A DNA stretch of 64,000 bases from the NCBI GenBank assembly GCA_002269645.1, contig NIVC01003179.1, forward strand, positions 49,659-113,658, in the 5' to 3' direction. The stretch is from Macrostomum lignano (lineage: Eukaryota). Both the position numbers and the translations under genes were made by a program. Under the pieces are notes generated by a model. That model saw only the letters and a program-made list of their open reading frames with translations, was not told the DNA's origin and made no database searches. Numbering within the stretch: the first letter of the stretch is position 1; the number at the start of each line of letters is the position of its first letter. Below, piece by piece: positions 10,101-22,400 of this stretch.

Positions 10101-11702
10101 AGAAGCAAACTCACTTAGACAGCTGAATACTGGTTTTGGTTTTCTCGCGAATCGTGTTCAGATTTTTGCCATCCTTTCCGATAATTCTGCCGCAGAATCG
10201 GTCCTCAGCCAGAATGTTGAGTTCGGCATCTCTGACAGGTTGGGCAAATGTGGTTTAGAATTGCCCTTTAAAGCAGTCTAAAAGTAAGACAAAAACTCAA
10301 TTAAAGAAATAAATTGGTCTATAGATCTTACTCCTTGGTTTTTTCCTTGGCCTCATTAACGCAGATGGTGAGAATCTCCTTACAGGCGGCGGAGCAGGCC
10401 TCAGGCGTGCCAGAAATGAATACGATCTGGACAATGCGTACATTATTATTCAAATGCTGCGCTTTCGGTTGGATAAAATAAAGTAAAAGGCACAAAACAG
10501 ACTACTGGCTAGTAGGATAAATAGGATGGCAACTTAAAGCACCGAAACGGAGTAGAAGCTCCGGACATGAAATCCCATTTTATACCCTGGGCCTGGATGA
10601 GACGTCTTAACGTTTACGATATTCGTAGTCGGCTCAGAGCAACTCAGTGTTGAAAGAGTCTGGACTCTCGCGCCACGACTCCTTGGTTCGATTCCGTGAG
10701 CGGCCGGCGACAATTATTTGGGGCTTGTGTGCATGAAAGATTCACAGCCATGACGGCCAAACCCCCAAGGCACACAGAGTGTACATGTCTGACGATTAGA
10801 CAGTCAGGGCCGTTGTACACCCTGTGTGAGCGTGTGCATGAGTACGTGCCTGAGTACAGTATTGGCGAGCTTGTGTGCTCAGGAGTCAGTGGGAATGGGC
10901 AGAATCGCTTCAGCGCTGACCATAGGACCATGTCGCCGAAGGCGTTTCGCCAGGGTGCCCACAGCCCTACTGTTATAATCCGAAAGTTTTGCACTACGAT
11001 CTGGCTCTATTCTGGTGCAATTTGCAGACTCTTGATGCTTTCCTGCATCAAAATGCATCCTGGATTTTTTGATGACATCTGCAAACCACATAAAAAAACC
11101 CCAAGTACCAAGGAAGCGGGCTTTACCTGACTATTTTGCACCTTTCTAGGCGGAATATTTTTAGTAACAACCTCGCGTTTAACGTCAATCCTGGCCTTGG
11201 AACGGTTAGTAATCTCTTTAATAGTTTCGCCGCCTTTGCCAATGATGGCGCCAATCAGGTCGGAGTTAACCAGTATGCGGACCGGATAGAAGTCACGAAC
11301 TTGCATTGGATTATTCAGTTGGGGCGCCTGAACTGGCGGGCCGCTTCGGCGCTGACTTGGCGCATTGTTGCCATTTTCGCGCCTCTGGTTGGCAGAGTCG
11401 TTGTTAAGAGTGAGCTTGGAGCCTTGGAACTCCGCACCATTTACTTCCGCCACGGCCTTGTTGGCAACATCAACAGTCTCCATGGAAACGACAAGGATGC
11501 CATCTTGATAATTGTGCGGCTCGATTTTAAGAACTTTGCCAAACTTGGCAAACATTGCTTCTAAATCTTTGTCTTCTTGCTTGCCGCTGGCTCCAGTGGC
11601 ACGAATTCTGTGACTTTTTTTTACATTGGCGCTGCCACCACTCTGTGGACTAGACTGGCCTCCATTGGCTGCCGCCGCTGATGTTTCCTTCTCGTTGGAC
11701 AT
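7133..11702 (-). CDS. Imp: IGF2BP/Imp-like RNA-binding protein (RRM-like + KH1 + KH2), six-exon model
   Basis: Exons 11702-11127, 10426-10332, 10231-10115, 9348-9137, 7300-7277 and 7179-7133 all have GT-AG boundaries and matching phases. KH1 is RILVNSDLIGAIIGKGGETIKEIT...ISGTPEACSAACKEIL. KH2 is ILAEDRFCGRIIGKDGKNL...DRIITVRGSLDGMCQAEAFIAEKLR. Both match IGF2BP KH1/KH2. The last two exons are less certain. Confidence 0.85.
7340..7431 (-). mobile_element. Fragment of the hairpin-domain SINE family (copy 2), fused to the first unit of the ~60-bp minisatellite
   Basis: CAGGAGTGCACAGCGGCC...CGTCAGGCATGTGCACTCC...GGGTTGGCCCT aligns with 3173-3246. Confidence 0.7.
7411..8803. repeat. ~59-63-bp minisatellite (CCGTGTATTGGTGGGTTGGCCCTAACCCTAACCAGGAG(G)nTCGCAGYGCGAGAGAT) in Imp intron 4
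   Basis: About 23 units. Length varies in the G run, and each unit contains CCCTAACCCTAA. Confidence 0.97.
8821..9100 (+). mobile_element. tRNA-derived SINE with a CORE-like central segment
   Basis: A-box-like TAGCCTAGTGG (8827) and B-box GGTTCGATTCC (8851-8861), then TGTGTCCTTTAGCAAGACAGTTAAC...CTGTAAAATGGG, which resembles the CORE-SINE domain. The 3' end is approximate. Confidence 0.65.
9388..10090. repeat. 34-bp minisatellite (TTGCAGCAGCCCAGACTGTAGTACCAGATGCCTA)n in Imp intron 3
   Basis: About 20 near-identical units. Confidence 0.97.
10630..10921 (+). mobile_element. tRNA-derived SINE, hairpin-domain family, copy 3 (Imp intron 1)
   Basis: B-box GGTTCGATTCC at 10685-10695. The body GGCCAAACCCCCAAGGCACA...GAGTGTACATG...TGTACACCCTGTGTGAG... 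matches the reverse complement of 3061-3250. Confidence 0.7.
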
Positions 11703-12429
11703 GCCTGCTATCCTAGCTGCCCCTACTATACCATGAATAATTAGGCATTGAAATGGTCATTGCATGGCATGCCTGCTATCCTAGCTGCCCCTACTATATT
11801 TGGAACCTAATAGTCATTGCCAACTAAATATTTGCATACTTATAATAAGACAAGTAATAGATGTAAAGTTTAGATATGCTAAACTTAAACTGCCTTTTAC
11901 TAATATTTTGAAATGCAATAATTTTTTGCCTTTTACAACCTATATTGCACAGACAGCTAGTTATAGTTACAAAATAGATTTATGCTTAGAAAAACTTAAC
12001 AATTTCATTGTTCTATAATGCATCATAAATATTAACATTAAAAAGGAATACCAAAAATCATAATATTAGAGTTAGATAATAGATACTATTGGACTTTTGT
12101 TGCCTCTAATATAATTTTTAACTAGAATTTATTTGTTAAACCTTATTTGCATATAATTTATTCATTAATCCAAATAATTACTTTAAAAAGTTGGTCAAAA
12201 TGAATAAAAAAGCAAAGCTATTACATAACAGGCTTTTTAGATATAATTGTCCTTTTTTGTAAAAAAAAATATATTGCACTAGTTAAATAATAAATGATTC
12301 TAGTACTTTATATTAATTAGCACCTTGTGTATGTTTGGGATAACAATTATTTAAATATAAGAACTACCTTAAAAAGATAATGTTCCAAAACTATAGCATT
12401 TCTTGTCAATGTAGCTTTCAAGCAGACAT

Positions 12430-13102
12430 CCCTATTGAAATAAGTTGACAAAACGCGGACAACCGTCCGTCGCATTTTCGGATTCTCCTGGTGTCGCGTC
12501 GCGCGACAGTAGTGTCAAGTGGTATGTCGCGTCGCGCAAAACTGGAAACCTAGTGTTGTTATGCGTTGCATCGCGGCCTGGACCTGTAGCCAAAACCTTG
12601 CAAACTGTGTTTCATTGTAATATGCTCACGGTTGTTTCTCGGTATTTAAATGTTTCAAACATGTTTGATAATAACTAGTTCTTGAATTGTTCTTTTTTAT
12701 TTTGACGGTAAAGTAACTAATACTTCAAATATAATTTTTAGAAATGTTACTTGTTAGTTACAATGCGTGCGCTATTTTTCTAAGTGTTGTACCTTTGTTG
12801 TTTTACTGTTTATTGTTTTTAAATTTCTTTTCTTTTTCCACAAAATTGAAAGGAATACTCTTGTCCCTTGCCCCATGGTCTCGATGTCGGGAGTGATGTC
12901 GGGAGTGAACGGCAATTGTCAATTGCAACGTGGCTGCTGTGGTGTCCCCCCCCCTGGTCATTCGGTCAATAGACATTGGTGTTGCGTCGCACATTGCCGC
13001 CCTTCAGTCAACAAAATTTGGTGTTGCGTCACACTTTTGAGGGCACAATTTTAGCACCCGTGTCACACGTCCGCAGGTTTTTGAAACTTATTCCAATAAG
13101 GG
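12430..13102. mobile_element. Non-autonomous DNA transposon (MITE-like), 673 bp
   Basis: Imperfect ~31-34-bp TIRs, CCCT-ATTGAAATAAGTTGACAAAAC--GCGGAC versus CCCTTATTGGAATAAGTTTCAAAAACCTGCGGAC. Flanks are CAGACAT and CAGACGT (7 bp, one mismatch). The element is a GC-richer island in AT-rich DNA. Confidence 0.65.
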
Positions 13103-16100
13103 CAGACGTGGAACTATCCATCTTTTTTTATAAATGATTTTTATACTTGGAACTAAAAAACTATTTTAGTTTTGAAAGTTGATCATTTAAATACAAAAAT
13201 TGCCTTAAAATGATTTTATAATATATTCCCAAACTGTCTACAGCATTTTTTGTCTTCAGTGCATCATTCAAGAGGCCTCTAGTTTCACTTTATATATAAT
13301 AGAAAGAGAACTGTTTAAAGAGAATTAAGAGAGGTTGCAAAGCAAATGTAGATTGCATCATCCCTTTATTTTTAGATGATCATTTTAATGCTACTTTTAT
13401 ATGCAAATGATTATTAAGCAAAAGTAAAATATTTACATTTGCAGAATACTAATTGTTTGCTAGAAAAGTAGAAAAAATTATAAAAAGTTTTAATATTTTT
13501 TTTATAATTTTGGAATGCAATCATATTAGAAGAAAATTTTTATTAAAATATTTGCTTTACAAAACTAAATTCTATATATATATATAGGATGACTATATAT
13601 ATAAATAATATAAAACAATATAAAAAGGCATGATCATATAAAAGTCACTTTGGCTTTTATAGTTTTGGAACACAATTATTCTTTTATAAAAGTTTCATTG
13701 AAATGATTGCCTTCCAAAACTAAATTAAATATAAAAAGGTTAATTATTTTAATGAAGTTTTTTTAATTTAAATAAAAATTATAGTTTTTTAATTTGAACA
13801 GAGAAACTTCAATGATGATTGTCTATTGAAATTAGTGAGATAAGCAATGATTGTTAGTTAACCAAAAGATTGCCTATTAAAAAATAACTTAATTAAGCTT
13901 TTTGAAATTAATTTGATACTTAGGCCTAATATTTTTTCTTTACTTTTAAACTAAAATATAACTTTATTGAAATTCAAACTGATATGTTAGTGTATTATTA
14001 TCACTAATTTATTGTACTTTTATCATATTTATCTTTTGTACCTTAAGGCTTAATTGACTTATCTTGTTTAAATATTTTTTTTCAATTGGGAAGTAATTAT
14101 CTATTTAAATAAATAGACAATATTTATAGGGTCTATTTGTCTATACAAGTAATTATTTATTTTGTTTTATTAAAAAAATACACTTAATCAATAGATATTA
14201 TATTATACTATTATAATATAATTTACTAGATTTTAAAACTTATGGCTGCATAATAGACAACAAGCTCTACAAATGAAAAACATATTTTTATGCTAAGATT
14301 AAGACTAAGACTAGAGTTAGAGTTTAACTATTAATTCTAAGCGAATCTTTTGAACTATTTGAATGCTAAAAATATTTGGAACTTGGGCATATGCATACAT
14401 TAAATTATTCTTATAGTTTAATCTGAATTAATTACTGTCAATAGCCAGCTAAAGCTAGTAGGTCTATCATATCGACTATGCCTATACACACTCATACGAG
14501 TCACACAGAATTAGACCACTTCAGGCACTAGATTTCTATTCATAATCTTTAGTCTTTACTCTTTAGATGTATATTACACAATTGTAAATTGTAATGCACT
14601 GCAGTATCTAGTTAAAAAATTCGATTAGGCCTAATCTAATTAAAATCTAATTCAGGCCGTCCATGGCCATTCCACGCCTCCTTTCAGGCAGGGGGCTGCT
14701 GCTGACTGAATTTACTTGGGCTCTCTGTAAGGTGGGGGGCAGAAAAAAATAGAAAAGTGATGGACTTGTTGTAATCGGCGTTTGAACTTTGAACTACCGC
14801 CTTCGTTATCTCGGCACGAGTAAAGCCGGAAAGTTGCACGGACTAGTTTAAATCGATTTTTTCTCCTTGATACTCCGTCTACCGGGGTCCTCAATTCCGG
14901 GGAGGGTAGTCGTTGTCGTAGGCGAGCAGTCTTTAACAGGCGCGGTCGTTCAAACGGTAGACACTGATACTTGACACCGTAGATTGATATGTACGTCGAT
15001 TTGCTTAACTGATTACTGTCAGTAGGGTAGAGCTGCCACCACCGTTGTCGTATTACGGAACGTTAAGATCTCAGAGCTCGTTTGGAGTTGAGATAAATCG
15101 TTTGTTTTACGCCCCGTGGGCAAATTACTCAAGATAGACTATAGGCTTCGGTTAACTAATGAAAATAAAATGATTGTTGTTGGATAACGTACAATTATTG
15201 TTGTCGGGAATAAATACTGTTTAAGCAGCGGTTAATATTGCAGGCTAAATAATTATTATAGTAGAGCCGACGAGATTGATTCTCCGGCAATGCCGGGAGT
15301 GCAATAAAATAAAACTAAGTTATTAAACTATTAATTAAGCACTTACTCACACTAGTACAAAGCTATAATCAGTCGTTAATACACGGGAACAAACAAAACT
15401 AATGGTACGCGGACGGAAGGTAAGCGAGTAGGAGCAAGAGTAAGCGTAAAGGAAGAGAAAGGTCATGAAAATACGTGGCACGTAAAATGAGTATTAAATA
15501 TTAGCATGCGACGAGAGAACAGCAGTGAGTGGGGCAGGAGATAGGGCAACCGGTGGGGCAGGCGATGGGGCAACCGGCGAAAAAACGGGGCCAACAGAAA
15601 CAACCGAAAAAACAAAGGCCAACGAAGGCAGAAATGGGCCTAAGGAAGGGACCAAGAGAGGGGGCACAGAGGCCAGCAAAAGGGGCAACAGGTGGGGCAG
15701 CAGATGGCAATGACGTAGCAATGTCCAAAAAACCGGAAAACAGTCACGAGTGTCAGATGGTCCCCGCTACCACATCTGTATACATTTTTTGTTCTTCTTA
15801 TACAATAAGTTGAAGAGCAAGCTGTAAAAAACAAGTGTAGAAATAACTTTGATTTTTCTGGTTTAAAGTTACTAAACGTAAAATCAGTCTAGGTATTTTA
15901 CTTTTTATTAAATGTTTTTACTTTGCAAACAGCCTTTCCTTTCAACACTGGGGCTTTTCACATTACCAATTCCAGAACCAGAATCGATTCGGATCTTCCA
16001 AGAAAAAAAGCAGTATAACTATTTAACTTTGCTGAATGTTTGACTGCCTCACAGCTTCACTTTGCACAATTTTTCACTTTCTTCTTGGCTATTGCCATTC

Positions 16101-16811
16101 AATAATCACAACTTTAAAGCACTTATATCCCTCTAGTTTAGGAGACAAAAAGTTATACTTTACAAATTGGATCTGGTTCTAGTCAGAACAAGCAATATGA
16201 AAAGGCCCACTGACGCATATAGGTAATTGTAAGAAATATAATAATTTTTTCTAGGAAACACAGATCACAAATTTCGATACTTTTATATATATATTATAAA
16301 AAACTGTTTACAGACAAGTGACAACAAATTAGGCTTTTCACAGTACCAACTAATTAAATACGACCGTAGAACCGGAATCGACTCGGATCTTCCAAAAAAC
16401 TATAACTAGGGGCCTATTTAAATTTGTTGAATGTTTCACTACATTAACACAACAGCCTCAATTGTCTTTGTTTTGACTCCGCGCACAATTTCTTACTTTC
16501 TTAGCTATTCCCATTAAAAAATTACAACTTTATATATATAGTAGCACGAATATCCCCATAGTTTAGGAGCCAAAAAGTTTTACTTAAATTTTTTCTGGTT
16601 CTAGAACCAAAACAAGCAATATGAAAAGGCCCAACATCGAAAATATTGAATATGTAAAGATGTTTCAAGAAGAGTTCTTAACAGAGTAGGCCTAAGAGTA
16701 ACACTAGGCCTATACAATCTGATATTGTAAGTGGAGTATGACTACAATTAATTTGCACTTCTCTGAGTCTGCTCTTACTTTTAATTACAAACATGCTTAG
16801 GCGCAAGCCGC

Positions 16812-16970
16812 GCAACCTAGACTAGGGATTCACCTGGCTGTTTCTATTGGCAACACACATACGTAAGTCACTTTTTTACAGAATAGTAGGCCCTAGTCAC
16901 ATGACTGCTCTTAGCCACTTATATGTGTGTGTTGCCAATAGAAATAGCCAAGTAATTCCTAAGGTTACAC
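16812..16970. mobile_element. Short palindromic MITE-like element, copy 1
   Basis: GGGATTCACCTGGCTGTTTCTATTGGCAACACACAT...ATGTGTGTGTTGCCAATAGAAATAGCCAAGTAATTCC inverted arms. Homologous to 41259-41412. Confidence 0.65.
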
Positions 16971-19491
16971 ATATGATTGCAAATAATTAATGTCTATGCT
17001 TACCCAGCTAAGTCTATTTTAATATCCCTTTTTTGGTTATTTCCTTTTTAAAAATATCTTTCATTTTTAATGCATAATATTGCCAGCATTCTTTATCTTT
17101 TATTTGATATTGACTAATTTGATTAATACCTTTAAAATACTTATTTTAATTTAATTATTTACTAGATAAATTGCACTCTAGTAAGTATATATAATATTTT
17201 TTTGTAATTCTTTATCTAAATACTTTTCAATTTGTTAACTGTTGAAGTTTGTTTAAAGATTTTTAGAAAAATTTTAGCCACTTAATTTTAAATGGAAGTG
17301 CTTTTCCCCATGGTCCCATGCCAATAATTCCAATTTTATTCATACGGATCCGTGTTGATAATTTCCAGCTTATCCCTATAGCAGCTTATTATATTAGAAT
17401 AGAGAACCTTAAAATGAATCTGTTCTTAATCTAATTTTATTTGGATTATAGTTGCTTTGATGATAAGACATTTTGGTGATAGTCTTTTTGGTAATAAATG
17501 AAATACCATTTTAGTGATAGCCATTCTGTTTTTAAATAGAAAATTAACTTGCAAATGCTAAGGGATATTGACCTTAAAATTTTATAAGTTTCTATAATCT
17601 ATATGGTTAAGGGTTGCTTTATTTAAGTTTGTTCATACATGCCTAACACCCGTCTGACCCATCCAAACCAAATGGGTGAAATGGCTGCCAGCTAAGGTAA
17701 GTTGCAAAATTGAAATGGGAAAAATGAAAAATTGGGGGAGGAAAAAAAAGGAAAAAAAGAAAAAAGAAAAAAAGAAAGGAAGAAGAGAGAGAAAGAAGGA
17801 AAGAAGAGAGAAAAAGAGAAGAAATGAAAACAAAAGAGAACAGAGGAACTAAGTAGCAATTAGGAGGAGCTAAGTAGCAATGGGAGGAACTAAGTCACAA
17901 TTGGGAGGAACTAAGTCGCAATCGGGAGGAACTAAGTCGCAATCGGGAGATTTTTTGCCTGTCCTCTAGGCATTGCAGTAGTGTATCTAGGTGTTGTATA
18001 TATGGCAAATTTTCGAAGGCATGATACATAGAAAGCTCCAATTTGTGTGCAGCACATCAGTGTTGGAAGAAATTGTTTTCTGCCCATGCTTTTATTCTAG
18101 CAAACTTGTAAGTCCAACTCGACTTCTTGTCATCACAGATGCTTTATCTGTTGTAATGCCACATAGTCTTGTCTTGCAAAACAACTGTCACAATACTATC
18201 TTGAGTAAATAAATCTTCTAGCATATCATGCTTTGTCTTTCTTCTGTGACTGACAGTTGCTTAAATCTATAGAAGTACATTATTGGTTTGCTCTTCACAA
18301 CATACATGTGCAAGTCGGCCGAGTCGGCCAATCTGGCCGACCAATTTGGCGGCCAACCAAGGAAGTCGCAAAAATGCCCACCCAAAAAAACGCCAAAGTA
18401 GTAGTACTAAATAGCTGACGAGGCATTTCGGCTTAATAAGTCAGTCATAGTTACTCCTGCCATTTACCCAAAGTTGCATTAATTTTGCTTTAGGGTTTTT
18501 TACATGTAAGTTGCATTTTTGGCCAAAAACTATGTCGCATTTTTGTTAAAACTAAGTCGCATGGCCGACCAAATTTTGGAGGTTGAGCATGTATGCTTCT
18601 CAAGCATCCGTAAATATATCATTAGGTAACTATTTGTAACTGTTTGTATAACTATATATCTTTTTCTTGGAGGACTCTCACTTCTTTGGCCATCAGTCTC
18701 AGTCTGAATCTGAGTCCAAATGAATGGCTGTATGTGGTCGTTGGATCTGTGCTTCAGTATCAGCATTAGTTGATAGGCAAGATTCTATAGCAATAGATTC
18801 AGCATGAGCATTGCGCCATCGTGAAAATTCTGTTTCAAGATGTCTAGTTTCTTCATTCATTTCAAAAACAGCTTCTCTTTCAGCTGAAATTATTTGAGAA
18901 GAGCAATATGCATAAGTTGTTGCATCTGCACCCTGAGTCTCAATTTTTGCATCCTGCACAGATAGATCTCTATTAGAAGCAACAACCTCTGGATTTTGCA
19001 CTGCCATTAACAGTCCCTCTCTGTGTAGGATGGTGGTGCTTCTAGTTCCCTTGAATGTGCTGCAGCTGCACCATCACCTTATCCCTGGGCTGCATTTAAG
19101 ATTGCTGGTAAATTTTATTCTAATATCGAATACGCACCAGAATAATCATCAACTTCTCCAGGAGTTACATGACCAAGTTTCAATCGTGTAAAGAGCAATG
19201 GCTTTCGCTCTTCAGCTGCAGAAAGGGGGCACTGGTTGATAGAATAGTCTTCATGGCCTTTTTCATCCCTTTCACATGCAGGATTCAGTGTACAAGGGCT
19301 GAGCAATAAGTTTCTGGGTGTGCATAGTTGAGAGGCGGCTGACAAAAGTACATTATATAAGTACAATGTTTGTAAAGTTTCAAACAAACTGGTCATACAT
19401 AGCCAGTGCAGAATCCCAAACCAAGCTAGAATAGCCATCCTATCTATCAAATTCACAATGGAGCTCAATAGGAGTCATTTTAGAGCAATGA

Positions 19492-22400
19492 AGCAATCTA
19501 GTGCGGCCCCCCTTCGGGGCGCCCAATAAGAAAGGAGCAAAAATAGTTCATGGAAAACAATAAAAAAACACATTTTCTTAAACACTAATTCCTTCTTCAC
19601 ATTTTAAAAATCACCTTATTCGTGTAAAATTGTCACGGACTAAGATGTTTGCAAAATTAAAAAATCACTTTTTCTCTAAAATTAACAAACAGTCAACAAA
19701 ATATCGTTTCACTAAATAGAAAATATTCCCAAGACAGCAAGCAACCCCCTCCAAAAGTGAACAATCGCAGATAGCAAGCATCCTCTAATGCTCATAGCAA
19801 GAATCACCACAGATAGCAAGCATCTGCAGATTAGCAAGCACCCCCCAGATATTATAGAAGCATCCACCCAGATAGCAAGCATCCACTCAGATAGCAAGCA
19901 TTCTGCAGATATCAAGCACCCCCAGATATTATAGAAGCATCCTGCAGATAGCAAGCACCCCCCAGATATTATAGAAGCATTCACCCAGATAGCAAGCATC
20001 CTGCAGATAGCAAGAATCCCTAAATAGCAAGCATCCTGCAGATAGCAAGAATCCCTGAATAGCAAGCATCCCTGGATAGAAAGAATCCCATGCATGTAGC
20101 CAGTACCCCCTCTCCCAAATAGCAAGTATCCCCCCTCGAGAGCAAGCATCCACGAGACAGCAAGTAGCTAGTGCAAATGTTACTTCCGCTAATGCAATAA
20201 TCGCTTTCTCAGGTTGTGCAACAATCCACGTCTCAGCGAGCGCAATAATCTCTTTTTTAGACAGCGCAGTAATCAGCTTCTCAGCTAGTGCAATAATCCT
20301 TGGTTTATTAATAGCAATAATCCTTGATTAATCAAGTGCAATAATCCTTGGTTTATCAAGTGCAATAATCCTTGGTTTATCAAGTGCAGTAATCTTTGGC
20401 TTATCAAGTGCAATAATCCTTGGTTTATCAAGTGCAATAATCCTTTGTTTATCAAGTGCAATAATCCTTGGTTTATCAAGTGCAATAATCCTTGGTTTAT
20501 TAAGTGCAATAATCCTTGGTTTATCAAGTGCAATAATCCTTGGTTTATCTAGCGCAGTAATCCTTGGCTTATCAGGTGCAATAATCCTTGGTTTATCAAG
20601 TGCAATATTTGTTTATCAAGTGCAATAATCCTTGGTTTATCAAGTGAAATAATCCTTGGTTTATCAAGTGCAATAATCCTTGGCTTATCAACTGCAATAA
20701 TCCTTGGTTTATCAAGCGCAGTAATCTTTGGCCTATCAAGTGCAATAATCCTTGGTTTATCAAGTGCAATAATCCTTGGCCTATCAAGTGCAATAATCCT
20801 TGGTTTATCAAGTGCAATAATCCTTGGTTTATCAAGTGCAATAATCCTTGGTTTATCAAGTGCAATAATCCTTGGCTTATCAACTGCAATAATCCTTGGT
20901 TTATCAAGTGCAATAGTCCTTGGTTTATCAAGCGCAGTAATCCTTGGCCTATCAAGTGCAATAATCCTTGGCTTATCAAGTGCAATAATCCTTGGTTTAT
21001 CAAGTGCAATAATCCTTGGTTTATCAAGTGCAGTAATCCTTGGCCTATCAAGTGCAATAATCCTTGGTTTGCCAAGAGCAATAATCCTTAGTTTATCGAG
21101 TGCAGTAATCCTTAGTTTTCCAAGTGCAGTAATCCTTGGTTTATTAAGAGCAATAATCCTTGGCTTATCGAGTGCAGTAATCCTTGGTTTGCCAAGAGCA
21201 ATAATCCTTGGTTTATCAAGTGCAATAATCCTTGGTTTATCAAGTGCAATAATCCTTGGTTTATCAAGTGCAATAATCCTTGGTTTATCAGATGCAATAA
21301 TCCTTGGCTTATCAACTGCAATAATCCTTGGTTTATCAGATGCAATAATCCTTGGCTTATCAACTGCAATAATCCTTGGTTTATCAAGTGCAATAATCCT
21401 TGGTTTATCAAGCGCAGTAATCTTTGGCCTATCAAGTGCAATAATCCTTGGTTTATCAAGTGCAATAATCCTTGGTTTATCAAGTGCAATAATCTTTGGT
21501 TTATCAGATGCAATAATCCTTGGCTTATCAACTGCAATAATCCTTGGTTTATCAAGTGCAATAATCCTTGGCTTATCAAGTGCAATAATCCTTGGTTTAT
21601 CAAGCGCAGTAATCTTTGGCCTATCAAGTGCAATAATCCTTGGTTTATCAAGTGCAGTAATCCTTGGCCTATCAAGTGCAATAATCCTTGGTTTATCAAG
21701 TGCAATAGTCTTTGGTTTATCGAGTGCAGTAATCCTTAGTTTTCCAAGTGCAGTAATCCTTGGTTTATTAAGAGCAATAATCCTTGGTTTATCGAGTGCA
21801 GTAGTCCTTGGTTTATTAATATCAATAATCCTTGAATAATCCAGTGCATTAATCCTTGGCTTATCAAGTGCAACATTCTTTACTATCAAGTGCAATAATC
21901 CATGGCTTATCAAGTGCAATAATCCTTGGCTTATCAAGTGCAATAATCCTTGGTTTATCAAGTGCAATAATCCTTTGTTTATCAAGTGCAATAATCCTTT
22001 GTTTATCAAGTGCAATAATCCTTTGTTTATCAAGTGCAATAATCCTTGGTTTATCAAGCGCAGTAATCCTTGGCTTATCAAGTGCAATAATCCTTGGTTT
22101 ATCAAGTGCAATAATCCTTGGTTTATCAAGCGCAGTAATCGTTGGCCTATCAAGTGCAATAGTCCTTGGTTTATCGAGTGCAGTAATCCTTGGTTTTCCA
22201 AGTGCAATAATCCTTGGCTTCTTGAGTGCAGTAATCCTTGGTTTGCCAAGAGCAATAGTCCTTGGTTTATCGAGTGCAGTAATCCTTGGTTTTCCAAGTG
22301 CAGTAATCCTTGGTTTATTAATAGCAATAATCCTTGGCTTCTTGAGTGCAGTAATCCTTGGTTTGCCAAGAGCAATAGTCCTTGGTTTATCGAGTGCATT

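Noticed and set aside
10789-10825. CTGACGA (hammerhead core CUGANGA) inside the SINE hairpin, also at ~18416 and as CTGATGA in the 21-bp intron repeat
   Set aside because: No stem II followed by GAAA and no stem I/III pairing on the same strand, so not a hammerhead ribozyme by eye.
10644-11130. ORFs 10644-10994 (-) and 10696-11130 (+)
   Set aside because: They overlap a SINE and Imp intron 1; chance ORFs.
14650-15830. GC-richer island with short ORFs and a purine-skewed GGGGCA-repeat segment
   Set aside because: No recognisable domain, termini or splice structure.
17700-17950. Polypurine tract and short 21-bp GAGGAACTAAGTCGCAATCGG repeat (similar purine tract at ~41600-41690)
   Set aside because: Ordinary low-complexity DNA with nothing specific to support a function.
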